DNA of 64,000 nt from Candidatus Hermodarchaeota archaeon (lineage in GTDB: Archaea; Asgardarchaeota; Lokiarchaeia; Sigyniarchaeales; SOKP01). The DNA lies in contig JBHLLG010000002.1 of NCBI GenBank assembly GCA_048885925.1, positions 64,001 to 128,000 on the forward strand. Reading direction: 5' to 3'. The position numbers and the translations under genes were made by a program. Shown one piece after another: positions 11,826-21,688 of the stretch. Numbering within the stretch: position 1 is the stretch's first letter; each line of letters opens with the position of its first letter. A model generated the notes under the pieces. That model saw only the letters and a program-made list of their open reading frames with translations, had not been told where the DNA came from and made no database searches.

Positions 11826-12044
11826 TTGAAGAAAACAGGAAAAAAAGTTATTCATTTCTATAATAATAGTGGTTCCTTGGATAATACTATTCAATTTCTT
11901 GAAAATATTAAAAAAAAAATAAATTATTTAAATCTGAATGTATCTGTGGATGGCAAAATAATAAAAGTTACTCTTTTTGGATCACGAGATCTTCAACATT
12001 TAGCAACAGAAAGACTAAAAGAATTAGCTAATCGATACTTATAA
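11826..12044 (+). CDS. Small hypothetical protein between csl4 and rpoL
   Basis: 72-aa ORF co-oriented in the operon with globular composition; TTG start. Confidence 0.6.
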   Translation: MKKTGKKVIHFYNNSGSLDNTIQFLENIKKKINYLNLNVSVDGKIIKVTLFGSRDLQHLATERLKELANRYL

Positions 12045-12141
12045 GAATTCAGTATCTTATTCCTAAAACCATAAAAAATTTATTTGATTTTACATATTTT
12101 TTATTAAGCTCACTTAATCTTAAACACAAAAAAAGATAATA

Positions 12142-12651
12142 ATGGCTAAAAAAAAGGCAGTCAAATCAAAAGATCTAGAAGAGGATGAACTTGATGAATT
12201 TATTGATGAATTTTTAGAAGATGATAAAGTTGAAACCATCTTTCCAAAAACAGATCAAAAAGAAAAAAGTAAACCACCTATACCGGATGAAGATGAATTT
12301 GATATCAGTGAAATACCGGAAGAAGAATTAGAATTTGAACTCGAGGAACCAGAAAGATTTCCTGAATATAAATATCTTAATCTGAGATTAAATAAAGGAG
12401 AAAGCGATAATGATTTTGAACTGATTGTTGAGGGTCAATCGCACGGATTCTGTAATATTCTTGTTAAACATTTGTTATCAATAGAGGGTGTTAATATTGC
12501 TGCGTATAAAGCAACTAATATAAATCCCGCACAAGTTTATATCCGTCTTGAAAATTCTAAATATAATATTAAAGATATTCTAAATAAAGGAATTGAATCA
12601 TTAAGAGAAGAAGTTATAAAAACTCAGAAATTATTTAAAAAACTAACTTAA
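12142..12651 (+). CDS. rpoL: RNA polymerase subunit Rpo11/RpoL with acidic N-terminal extension
   Basis: C-terminal half EGQSHGFCNILVKHLLSIEGVNIAAYK matches the RpoL/Rpb11 pattern; csl4-rpoL synteny. Confidence 0.8.
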   Translation: MAKKKAVKSKDLEEDELDEFIDEFLEDDKVETIFPKTDQKEKSKPPIPDEDEFDISEIPEEELEFELEEPERFPEYKYLNLRLNKGESDNDFELIVEGQSHGFCNILVKHLLSIEGVNIAAYKATNINPAQVYIRLENSKYNIKDILNKGIESLREEVIKTQKLFKKLT

Positions 12652-12708
12652 AGCTCTATTTTCTTTTTTATGAAAAATTTATAAGATCTCTATATTCAAC
12701 CTATCATA

Positions 12709-13176
12709 ATGGATTATGATTTTTTAATTAAAGATTTACACCTCAATAAATCTCAAAAGAGTATTGGAACAGATAAAGGTTTAGCTAAAATTGGAGATGG
12801 AATTGTAAATTTAACATATTCCGTAGCAAAGTCTATCTTTTTAACAAAAAATAATCCAAATAAAAAGATTGTTAGAACAGGAAAAAAAGTTGGTAAAAAT
12901 ATCTTAGATACCGCATTAAAAAATGCCAATATGAAGAGTTATGCTAAAACGAGAGCCAATGCTCATGACCTTGCAGACACTGTTGAGTCCTTAATTGCAT
13001 ACATATGGCTTAATAATAAAATGACAATAAAAGAGATAATCAATTTCCTAGTTGAAAATCTTTCTGGTGATCTTAATAATAGAAATGAAGAAATTAAAAA
13101 CGCAACCACCGCATTTACAAATCTGTTAAACTTTATTAAAAAGTTTTTACCTGAGAAAAAAAAAGATGAAAGATAA
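12709..13176 (+). CDS. Archaeal ribonuclease III-like (mini-III type) protein
   Basis: DKGLAKIGDGIVNL and LADTVESLIAY resemble RNase III catalytic motifs. Confidence 0.75.
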   Translation: MDYDFLIKDLHLNKSQKSIGTDKGLAKIGDGIVNLTYSVAKSIFLTKNNPNKKIVRTGKKVGKNILDTALKNANMKSYAKTRANAHDLADTVESLIAYIWLNNKMTIKEIINFLVENLSGDLNNRNEEIKNATTAFTNLLNFIKKFLPEKKKDER

Positions 13177-13726
13177 TCCCATAACAATTGGATTTGATGA
13201 TGCACCATTTGATTTCTATTCAGATAAAAAATATACTCATTTAGTTGGAGTTGTTTGTCAAGGAACAAGATTGGTTAGTGTTATACAAGACAGAATTACA
13301 ATAGATGGAGAGGATGCTACTGAAAAAGTAATACAACTAGTTAAGCAAAATGAAAAACATATACAATATATTTTAACACATACGATTACTTTTGGTGGAT
13401 TTAATCTTATCAATCTAAAAGAAATCTATTCTAATATTGAAAAACCTATCATTGCAATAACAGAGAGAGAAGTTGATCTTGACTCTGTTAAAAATGCTCT
13501 AATACACAAGTTTCCAGATAGGTATAAAAATAAATTAAAGCATATTATCGATGCTGGAAATTTGTATGAAACAGAAATAAAAACCGCTGGAGGCTTATCC
13601 AAATTATTTTTTCATTGTAAAGGTATTTCAATCGAAGATGTAGAATCTCTCCTTGAAAAAGTCTGTATTGATTCCAAACTACCAGAATCAGTAAGAATTG
13701 CTCATTTAATTGGGAAAATTTTCTAA
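13166..13726 (+). CDS. DUF99 family (endonuclease V-like) protein
   Basis: IGFDDAPF, DGEDAT, ITFGGFN, KLPESVRIAHLIG. Confidence 0.85.
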   Translation: MKDNPITIGFDDAPFDFYSDKKYTHLVGVVCQGTRLVSVIQDRITIDGEDATEKVIQLVKQNEKHIQYILTHTITFGGFNLINLKEIYSNIEKPIIAITEREVDLDSVKNALIHKFPDRYKNKLKHIIDAGNLYETEIKTAGGLSKLFFHCKGISIEDVESLLEKVCIDSKLPESVRIAHLIGKIF

Positions 13727-13741
13727 TATACAATTGTTCTA

Positions 13742-14212
13742 TTAATCTGTTTCGACTTCATATTCTAGGATTTCACGAATTCTATCACGTAAGTCAAATC
13801 TTATAGCAGACATTCCATATGTGGTAATCCCTAATTTTTTTTGAACTGTTTTTGCTTTTAAAGCACCAGGAAGATCTTGTTTATTAGCTATAGCAATAAT
13901 CTTGGTATTCATATATCGCGAAAACTTCTTATAAATCTCCTTAGTCTTTTCTATGTTATCTTCAGTCGAATCGCATACCAAAACTGTTAATCCTGCTCCT
14001 CTTAAAAAATCCTGCCACATGAAATGATAACGTTCTTGTCCCCCAAAATCCCAAATATTAACCTTTTTTCCATTAAGTTTAGAATTCTCAATCTCTAATC
14101 CTACTGTTGGTGTTGTTTCATTTGGTATTTCTCGTCCTTGAAGTAAAGATACTAATGATGATTTCCCAACACTGCTCAACCCTAAAAAACAAATTTTGGT
14201 TTTAGTCGAAAG
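13742..14212 (-). CDS. Small GTPase, Arf/Rab-like; start codon non-canonical and uncertain
   Basis: Frame extends upstream of the tracked TTG to give KICFLGLSSVGKSS (G1); PTVG (G2), WDFGGQ (G3), NKQD (G4). Confidence 0.88.
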   Translation of the reverse strand, partial: LSTKTKICFLGLSSVGKSSLVSLLQGREIPNETTPTVGLEIENSKLNGKKVNIWDFGGQERYHFMWQDFLRGAGLTVLVCDSTEDNIEKTKEIYKKFSRYMNTKIIAIANKQDLPGALKAKTVQKKLGITTYGMSAIRFDLRDRIREILEYEVETD

Positions 14213-14470
14213 AACCTCAAATCAACCTTTTCTAAATAAACCTTTTTATGTAGAAAAGGCAAATAAAGCTTCAAAAAAGAAAATAATATTCGTATATCAT
14301 GGGAATATTCCAATAGAATTTAATAATAGTTGAATTTTAAATTTAAAATTTAAAAAAAAAATTCTAATTTGAACATAAAAATCCTAATTAGATTAACTTT
14401 ATAAACTATTTTAAAAAAATAATCAAATTAAAATAAGAATATAAGAAAAAATTTCTAAAATAGAGTTTTT

Positions 14471-15766
14471 TTATGATCCAGTCTCAATTTCTTTGACTAT
14501 ACCTACTGCTACGGTTCTGCCCATATCTCGTACAGCAAATCGACCCATTTCTGGAAATGCTTCATACTTTTCGAGACACATTTTCTTGATAGGTATTAAC
14601 TCCACAAGAGCAGATTCATTTTTCTTGAGAAACTTTGGTGAATCCTCAATCACGGCACCAGTCTTTTGATCCATCTTTTTAAGCAAGCTGGAAAATTTAG
14701 CAGCAACTTGTGCTGTATGAGCATGAATTACAGGAGTATAACCTTGTGCAATCGCAGTAGGATGCCAAATTACTATAATCTGCCCAGTCCATTTACCATT
14801 TGGGTTGATTACAGTTGGTGGGTCGCTTGGATGGCCAAGACAATCGCCACGGCTAGCATCTGCCATTGTAATACCTCTAATACTGAATCCTACGTTGTCT
14901 CCGGGAATAGCTTGTGGAATTTCTTCATGATGCATTTCTATAGATCGTACTTCTCCTTGGAAACCAGTGGGCATTATAATAATCTTATCTCCTTTCTTTA
15001 AAATTCCAGTTTCTACTCTACCAACAGGAACGACTCCAGTTCCTTTGATTCTATAAGAGTCCTGGATAGGGAGTCTTAACGGTTTGCCAGTAGGTTTCTC
15101 AGGAAGAACAAATTGATCAATTGCATCAATCAACGTTGGACCATCATACCATGGCATTTTGTCGCTTTTCTTTGAGAGATTTTGCATCTGCATACCTGAA
15201 CAGGGAACAAAAGGCACATCCTTGAGCTTGAAACCAATATTTTTTAGAAGATCTCCGACAGCTTCTTTAACTTCATTATATCTTGCCTCAGAATAATCAT
15301 ACACATCAGCTTTATTAACTGCTACAACAATTTGTTTTACGCCTAAAGTTTGAGCCAGATATGCATGTTCCCGAGTCTGCCCATTAGCGGCGATTCCAAC
15401 CTCCATCTCACCTTTCTTACCGGAAACAACTAAGATTGCTGCGTCAGCCTGGCTTGCGCCGGTTATCATGTTCTTAACAAAATCCGCGTGGCCTGGTGCA
15501 TCGATTATTGTGAAGTATTTTGATTTAGTTTCAAATTTTCGAAATGCAAGATCGATAGTGATACCTCGTTGTCTTTCTTCTTTTAATCTATCAAAAACAA
15601 AGGCATATGACCATGATTCTCGATCGTATTCTTTCGCAAGTTTTTCTAACTCACGAGCTTCTCTGTCTGTTACAGCGCCAGTTTCGATTAGTAAAGCACC
15701 CATCATGGTACTTTTACCGTGGTCAATGTGCCCTATTATCACAAGATTTAAATGCTCTTTCATCAA
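14471..15766 (-). CDS. tuf: Translation elongation factor EF-1 alpha
   Basis: GHIDHGKST, ERQRGITID, DAPGH, NKAD, GRFAVRDMGRTVAVG. Confidence 0.97.
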   Translation of the reverse strand: MMKEHLNLVIIGHIDHGKSTMMGALLIETGAVTDREARELEKLAKEYDRESWSYAFVFDRLKEERQRGITIDLAFRKFETKSKYFTIIDAPGHADFVKNMITGASQADAAILVVSGKKGEMEVGIAANGQTREHAYLAQTLGVKQIVVAVNKADVYDYSEARYNEVKEAVGDLLKNIGFKLKDVPFVPCSGMQMQNLSKKSDKMPWYDGPTLIDAIDQFVLPEKPTGKPLRLPIQDSYRIKGTGVVPVGRVETGILKKGDKIIIMPTGFQGEVRSIEMHHEEIPQAIPGDNVGFSIRGITMADASRGDCLGHPSDPPTVINPNGKWTGQIIVIWHPTAIAQGYTPVIHAHTAQVAAKFSSLLKKMDQKTGAVIEDSPKFLKKNESALVELIPIKKMCLEKYEAFPEMGRFAVRDMGRTVAVGIVKEIETGS

Positions 15767-16141
15767 TTTTCATCAATTTCCTTTATTTTTAATTTGTAAT
15801 GTTTATAAATATTTAATATCAATAATAATTATTTTTATTAGATGTTAATTTTAAATGTTGTTGAATTTATATTTTTTACTATATTTAAGCGTAATTATCT
15901 TGTATAAATAAGTATCGTTATAAATTTGTGGAAGATTATCTGAGATGCCTTATCTAACTTCAAGTGAAGTTCAACATTTTAAACTATATATTGGTCAAAA
16001 TCATAAATTGTAATATTCTAGATAAAAAAGTAGTAAAAACGCAATATTTAGAATAAAGAATTTAGAATCAAATAAGAAATATAAATGAGATGAAATTTAG
16101 CATTATAACAATCAGAATTATTTAAAGATTAAGGTTTTTAT

Positions 16142-18007
16142 ATGGTAAATGGCTATACTGGCAATATTCTTAGGGTAAATTTGACAGAAGAAAAAATCTC
16201 AATTGAAAATCCTGATGAAATTTTTTACCGACGTTATATTGGTGGTGAAGGTTTTGTTGCTTATTATCTTCTTAAAGAGTTAGAGCCTAAAATAGACCCC
16301 CTTAGTCCTAAGAATAAGTTAATTTTTGCTAATGGTCCCTTGACTGGATTTGCGATCCCTGGTACAGGTCGAAATAGTGTAGGTGCTAAATCGCCTTTAA
16401 CAGGTGGATTTGGTGAAGCAGAAGTTGGAGGACATTGGGGCGCAGAGTTGAAACACGCTGGATTTGATGCGATAATATTTGAGGGTAAAGCAGAGAATCC
16501 AGTTTATCTTTGGGTTCACGATGGAGAAGCTGAGATAAAGGATGCAACTTATCTTTGGGGTAAAATTACTGGCGAAGCAGAAGAACTTATTAAGAAAGAA
16601 CTGGATGATAAATTTATTCGTGTAGCTCAAATTGGTCCAGGAGGAGAACGTTTAGTTCGTTATGCGTGTGTTATTAATGATTTAAGAAATGCTGCGGGGC
16701 GTGGGGGAATGGGTGCTGTAATGGGATCTAAAAATCTAAAAGCTGTGGTAGTTAGAGGACATAAAAGACTTGAAGTAAAAGATAAAAAAAAAATGAGGAG
16801 ACTAATAAAGGAGTATTATGATGTAGCGTATAAGCCATATGCAAGTTATTTTGAGCATGGTACAGGAGGAGGAATGATGGAGAGGTTTGCAGAATCAGGA
16901 AATCTTCCGATAAGAAATTTTAGAGATGGTAATTTTTTGGGGGCCAAATCGTTAGATCCAAGTATTACGAAAGAAGAAATAAACCTTAAGATGAATGCTT
17001 GTTATGCATGTTCGCTTCGATGTAAGAAAGTTGTAGAAATTAGAGAACCATGGAATGTTGATCCTATGTATGGTGGTCCTGAATATGAATCTATAGCTGC
17101 TTTTGGATCAAATTGCGGAATAGATGATATGAAAGCTGTTTGTAAAGCAAATGAGCTATGTAATAAATATTCATTAGATACTATATCTACTGGAGTTTCC
17201 ATTGGGTTTGGGATGGAATGTTATGAGAATGGAATTTTGTCTGATAAAGATACTAATGGAATAAAATTAAATTTCGGAAATGCTGAAGCTATGATCCAAA
17301 TGGTTGAAATGATTGCTAAGCGTGAAGGTTTAGGTGATATTTTAGCTGAGGGTGTAAGAAGGGCAGCTGAAAAGATTAAAAATGGATCCGAAGAATTTGC
17401 AATGCATGTTAAAGGACAGGAGATTCCTATGCATGAACCTCGCTTAAAAAAAGGATTGGGGGTTGGTTATACAATTTCACCTACGGGTGCGGAACATATG
17501 GCAAACATGCATGATACATCTTTTGCAAGTGAAAGAGCAATAGGCACTCATAGTGCTATAGGTATTTTGGAACCTCTTGAGCCAGATGATCTAAGTGCAA
17601 AAAAAATTCGCATTTTAACTTATTTTACTAATTGGCAAAATTTATCCAATGCATTATTGATATGTTACTTTTTACCTTGGGATTATGTTGATATTCCAGA
17701 AATGGTTAGAGCTGTAACAGGATGGTATACTTCAGCGTGGGAATTAATGAAAGTAGGTGAGAGAATTACAACTATGGCAAGAGTTTTTAATATAAGAGAG
17801 GGATTTACAGATAAAGATGATTGGTTGCCTAAAAGATTTTTCAAGCCGACTACTTCAGGAGCTCTTGTAGACACTCAAATTAATTCAGAAGAATTAAAAT
17901 ATGCAATCAATATATATTATAAAATGATGGGCTGGAGTGATAAGGGTGTACCCACAAAAGTTAAGTTAGAAGAATTAGATATAAATTGGCTTTCTAAATA
18001 CCTCTGA
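16142..18007 (+). CDS. Aldehyde:ferredoxin oxidoreductase family protein (tungstopterin)
   Basis: KSPLTG, AAGRGGMGAVMGSKNLKA, CxxCxxxC, GPEYE, DTISTG. Confidence 0.92.
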   Translation: MVNGYTGNILRVNLTEEKISIENPDEIFYRRYIGGEGFVAYYLLKELEPKIDPLSPKNKLIFANGPLTGFAIPGTGRNSVGAKSPLTGGFGEAEVGGHWGAELKHAGFDAIIFEGKAENPVYLWVHDGEAEIKDATYLWGKITGEAEELIKKELDDKFIRVAQIGPGGERLVRYACVINDLRNAAGRGGMGAVMGSKNLKAVVVRGHKRLEVKDKKKMRRLIKEYYDVAYKPYASYFEHGTGGGMMERFAESGNLPIRNFRDGNFLGAKSLDPSITKEEINLKMNACYACSLRCKKVVEIREPWNVDPMYGGPEYESIAAFGSNCGIDDMKAVCKANELCNKYSLDTISTGVSIGFGMECYENGILSDKDTNGIKLNFGNAEAMIQMVEMIAKREGLGDILAEGVRRAAEKIKNGSEEFAMHVKGQEIPMHEPRLKKGLGVGYTISPTGAEHMANMHDTSFASERAIGTHSAIGILEPLEPDDLSAKKIRILTYFTNWQNLSNALLICYFLPWDYVDIPEMVRAVTGWYTSAWELMKVGERITTMARVFNIREGFTDKDDWLPKRFFKPTTSGALVDTQINSEELKYAINIYYKMMGWSDKGVPTKVKLEELDINWLSKYL

Positions 18008-18059
18008 ATTACGAATTTTCTTAAATAAAGCACAATATTTTTCTTATTTATTATTTTTT

Positions 18060-18512
18060 TTATGTTTCCAAATTAGAGAAATATTCCCCTTTTAAATCAT
18101 AAAATAATTCTTCCCTATTTTCTCTTATCAATTGAAAGATTTCATCCATTTCTGTCTTAAAATTGTAAATATTTCCTAAAGAATCAGAGATCTCTTCTAT
18201 AGCTTTATCACTTTTAAATTTTTGAAATACTAATTCAAGATCATAAATATTGACGGAAGTCTCTTTAAAAAAGTCTAAAAGATGGTGCAAATAAAGCGCT
18301 TTAATATAACTTTTCTTAAGTTTATTTTTTTCATTAAAATATTTTAATTGTTGAACAAAGATGCTATCATTATTTTTTTCAAAATCTATGATATTATCTC
18401 TATAAAATGTCCAATTAAAACCATAATCTAAAGCAATATTTACAATATTTGCTACATCTTCATTAATACCCGCTTTTTTCGCCCATTTGATATGAATTAA
18501 CCAATTGGGAAT
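18060..18512 (-). CDS. Hypothetical protein, about 150 aa, probable ATT start
   Basis: Open frame from ATT at 18512: (M)PNWLIHIKWAKKAGINEDVANIVN...YLHHLLDF; the tracked ORF captures only the last 76 aa. Confidence 0.7.
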   Translation of the reverse strand: MPNWLIHIKWAKKAGINEDVANIVNIALDYGFNWTFYRDNIIDFEKNNDSIFVQQLKYFNEKNKLKKSYIKALYLHHLLDFFKETSVNIYDLELVFQKFKSDKAIEEISDSLGNIYNFKTEMDEIFQLIRENREELFYDLKGEYFSNLET

Positions 18513-18632
18513 TTTTAATCACTTTTCATTTATGTATTTTATTTTAAGATAAAAAAAAATAAAAAATCATAGAATATTAAATTAAATTAAGAAATAAAAA
18601 AAAAAATAATTAATACCCGAGTTATCAATACC

Positions 18633-19451
18633 ATGGTAAAGAGCAAAACAAAATTCCCAAGAGAAGGAGAGTTTGTTATTGCTAAAGTAACAGAGATACA
18701 AGATCAGTATGTGTACGTAGATTTAATTGATTATGAAGGTTTGGAGTCAGAACAATGCGCAAAAGGTATGATACATGTATCAGAAATAAGTTCACGCTGG
18801 ATTAAAAATATTCGCAATTATGTTCGAGTTGCTCAAAGAATTGTTCTAAGAGTATTGAGAGTAGATCCAATTAAAGGTCACATTGACCTATCATTAAGGC
18901 GAGTCAACTCTGCTCAAAGAGAGATTCGCCTTAAGGAATGGAAATATGCTTTAAAATTAGAAAATTTACTACAATTCCTTCTAGACACAGAAGTTATTGA
19001 TATGACTCTTGATGAAGCATACAATTTAATAGGCTTTCCTGTCTTAGAAGAATTTGATTCTTATCAAGAAGCAATTGAAAGTCTGAAAGAGAATGGAGAA
19101 GAAATACTCGCTGATTTAGAAATATCAGATGATATCATAAGTGTTTTTTTGAAAATAATAGATGAAAATGTAAAAATTTCAACGGTAAGTATTAGCGGTA
19201 AAATTAAATTAACATTCAATTCAGCAAATGGGATAGATCAAATAAAAGAATCATTAATAGAAGCGTCCAAAGTAATCAAACCGAAAAAAACAAGAAATAT
19301 TGCTATTCATTATATTGCAGCACCCTTTTATAGGTTAGAGGTAGTTTCAAAAGATTATTTAGATGCCGAAAACATTTTAGCAGATGCATTAGAAATAATT
19401 GAACATAAAGCTCAAAAATATGGTGGAACTTATGAATTTATTCGAGATTAA
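18633..19451 (+). CDS. eif2a: Translation initiation factor aIF-2 subunit alpha
   Basis: S1 domain GMIHVSEISSRWIKNIR, KGHIDLSLRRV, YIAAPFYR. Confidence 0.95.
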   Translation: MVKSKTKFPREGEFVIAKVTEIQDQYVYVDLIDYEGLESEQCAKGMIHVSEISSRWIKNIRNYVRVAQRIVLRVLRVDPIKGHIDLSLRRVNSAQREIRLKEWKYALKLENLLQFLLDTEVIDMTLDEAYNLIGFPVLEEFDSYQEAIESLKENGEEILADLEISDDIISVFLKIIDENVKISTVSISGKIKLTFNSANGIDQIKESLIEASKVIKPKKTRNIAIHYIAAPFYRLEVVSKDYLDAENILADALEIIEHKAQKYGGTYEFIRD

Positions 19452-19475
19452 TATATTAAATAAAAAGTTATAAAA

Positions 19476-19667
19476 ATGACTAAATACCTTCAAAAATGTA
19501 AAGAATGTAATAGATATAGTTTATATAAACCCGATTTGAAATGTCGCTATTGCGGTGGACAATTAATAAACCCAAAACCTCCTAAATTTTCTTTAACAGA
19601 TAAATACGCGAAATATCGATTACAATATTTTAAAGAAGAATTTGATAAGAAGGTTAAAAAAGACTAG
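19476..19667 (+). CDS. nop10: H/ACA RNP protein Nop10
   Basis: Zn ribbon CxxC...CxxCG, PPKFSLTDKYAKYR; follows aIF2alpha as usual in archaea. Confidence 0.9.
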   Translation: MTKYLQKCKECNRYSLYKPDLKCRYCGGQLINPKPPKFSLTDKYAKYRLQYFKEEFDKKVKKD

Positions 19668-20329
19668 GAGATATCAATTTTTTCAGCAAATTTTTCCATA
19701 ATAAGGATATTTGCGTTTTGTTGAGGTAAATTCGCAATATCTTCTTTTTCGAAAGGTCCATAATTTATAAGATCAATACCTACTAAAGGAGGGGTATTTT
19801 TCAAAAATCTAATTGGTATATAACTAATCTTTTCTTTCTTAATTTTAACCTCAGGCTTAGAAATCACAGATAATTGTTCCTTACTTGAACTTGGAATATC
19901 ATCAGCAGAGGATTTTATATCAACTGTACTTTTAATTATTTCTTCAAATAGTTCTTGATCCTCTTCATACAATGAAACAGCCTTTACTTTCTGATATCCT
20001 TTGATAGAACTTACAATATTTTGATATAGCAATTTTTCAGTTTCGAGAAGATTATCTAAATTGATTTCCTCAAGAGCTAATGCGGAATTTATTATTTTAA
20101 TTTCCCGAATCTTCAAAAAATCATTAAATAAAAAATTCAAGTTATCCTTATATACTCGGATTATACTTTCCTTTAATTCATTCTTATCATTTTCCTGATA
20201 ATCATTAATAAAATTACAAGAAGTCTTATATTCCTTAAAGAGTTTTTGAGTTAACTCAGTTAATTCTGGATTTTGGAATTCTTTAAGCCAATGTTCATAA
20301 AGTTTCTCATATTCTTTTGGTAAATCCAT
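19664..20329 (-). CDS. GINS complex subunit (Gins15/Gins51 type)
   Basis: LLKIREIKII-like helical A domain and C-terminal B domain PPLVGIDLINYGPFEKEDIANLP; downstream of priS. Confidence 0.85.
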   Translation of the reverse strand: MDLPKEYEKLYEHWLKEFQNPELTELTQKLFKEYKTSCNFINDYQENDKNELKESIIRVYKDNLNFLFNDFLKIREIKIINSALALEEINLDNLLETEKLLYQNIVSSIKGYQKVKAVSLYEEDQELFEEIIKSTVDIKSSADDIPSSSKEQLSVISKPEVKIKKEKISYIPIRFLKNTPPLVGIDLINYGPFEKEDIANLPQQNANILIMEKFAEKIDIS

Positions 20330-20389
20330 AAATATCGAATTTGTAATTTAATATATTAAAAAAGTGTTCTTAAGTTTAAATTTTTTAAC

Positions 20390-21688
20390 TTATATGGTTT
20401 TAGCAACTTCTTTACACAATAAAAACACCGCAAAATGGTGAGGGACTTCTATTTTTTGTCCCTTTTTGTAAGGTCCATAAGTTTCACCCTTAATTTTTGT
20501 TATAGGAACTAAATTTTCAATGATTTCTAACTTTTGAGAGACTTCTTTTTCACTTTGAAATACAATGGGATCTAAAAGTGCATTCCCCTCATCTAAGGGA
20601 TGAAAATTATCAAGATCATCGGGAAAAAGTTCTTGAACTTTAAAACCCGTTTTCCCATGTAACGAACCTGGATATCTAATAAGTCTGTGAATATCAATTG
20701 TAACTGGCTCATCAATTTTGGCACCAATTTCACTAATAATTCCATTTAAGAATAAAGACCAGTTTTTAATTCCAAAACCTTCTACGTTCCATACATTATA
20801 GTTATTTTGTGAGATAGATTGTAAAAAGTCATCCTTAGAATTTAAAAAACTCTTAATTGTATCTGTTTTCAATCCAAACTTAGTTAATATTGATCGGATT
20901 TTATCATCTGGATATTTTTGTAAAAGTTCAATAATTTGATTCATAATTTTTTGAGACCATCCAATATTGTTTTCCAATAAACCGTAAATCACATTATTGA
21001 ATTGTCTTAATCCTAAAATTTCAAGAGAAATATTACTTCCCGATACATAGCTAGCAATTTCTCTCCTTTCTTCACCCGTTAGAGTTCTCACGTCTTCATT
21101 TTCTATTTTTAAATGGTACCCACGATGTCCTGAAAATGCAATTTTCATCTGTTCTAAAGAAATTCCAAAATCCGGAATTAAAAACTTGTAAATTAATTTC
21201 ATTAATTGATTTTTTGCAATTCCTAAACAATCCTCGCAAATCCAAGTTAATGATTTAAGTTTTAAACTTTTGCAACTTGGACACTTTTTTACCATTCCTG
21301 TACCTGATTCACCACAGTCTACACAATTCCAAAGATCATGTTCATTTTTACAAGGAGTATAAAAGTGGTCTACATCAATATCAAATATGAGATCACAACC
21401 TTGATATTCTTTATTGCTCATATCTGGATTATCTGGTTGTAGATAAATAGATCCACTTGAATAAATATGCTTAGGTCCTTCATTAATCAAATATTTTTTC
21501 AGATTATCAGGATCTTTAAAACTGATATGTCTTTTCATAATTGTTTGCTTATCCCAAGGAATAAAACCGAATTCTCGTTTATTGAATAAATTTACTGAAG
21601 TAATTTCTGTTCTTTTTTCTTTATAATATGCTTGAAATAACTTTTTTAAATAAGATATATTACTCATTTTCATTTTCTGATTTTTCAT
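20390..21688 (-). CDS. priS: DNA primase small (catalytic) subunit
   Basis: REFGF, DLIFDIDVD, FSGHRGYH, IDEPVTIDIHRLIRYPGSLHGKTG. Confidence 0.95.
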   Translation of the reverse strand: MKNQKMKMSNISYLKKLFQAYYKEKRTEITSVNLFNKREFGFIPWDKQTIMKRHISFKDPDNLKKYLINEGPKHIYSSGSIYLQPDNPDMSNKEYQGCDLIFDIDVDHFYTPCKNEHDLWNCVDCGESGTGMVKKCPSCKSLKLKSLTWICEDCLGIAKNQLMKLIYKFLIPDFGISLEQMKIAFSGHRGYHLKIENEDVRTLTGEERREIASYVSGSNISLEILGLRQFNNVIYGLLENNIGWSQKIMNQIIELLQKYPDDKIRSILTKFGLKTDTIKSFLNSKDDFLQSISQNNYNVWNVEGFGIKNWSLFLNGIISEIGAKIDEPVTIDIHRLIRYPGSLHGKTGFKVQELFPDDLDNFHPLDEGNALLDPIVFQSEKEVSQKLEIIENLVPITKIKGETYGPYKKGQKIEVPHHFAVFLLCKEVAKTI

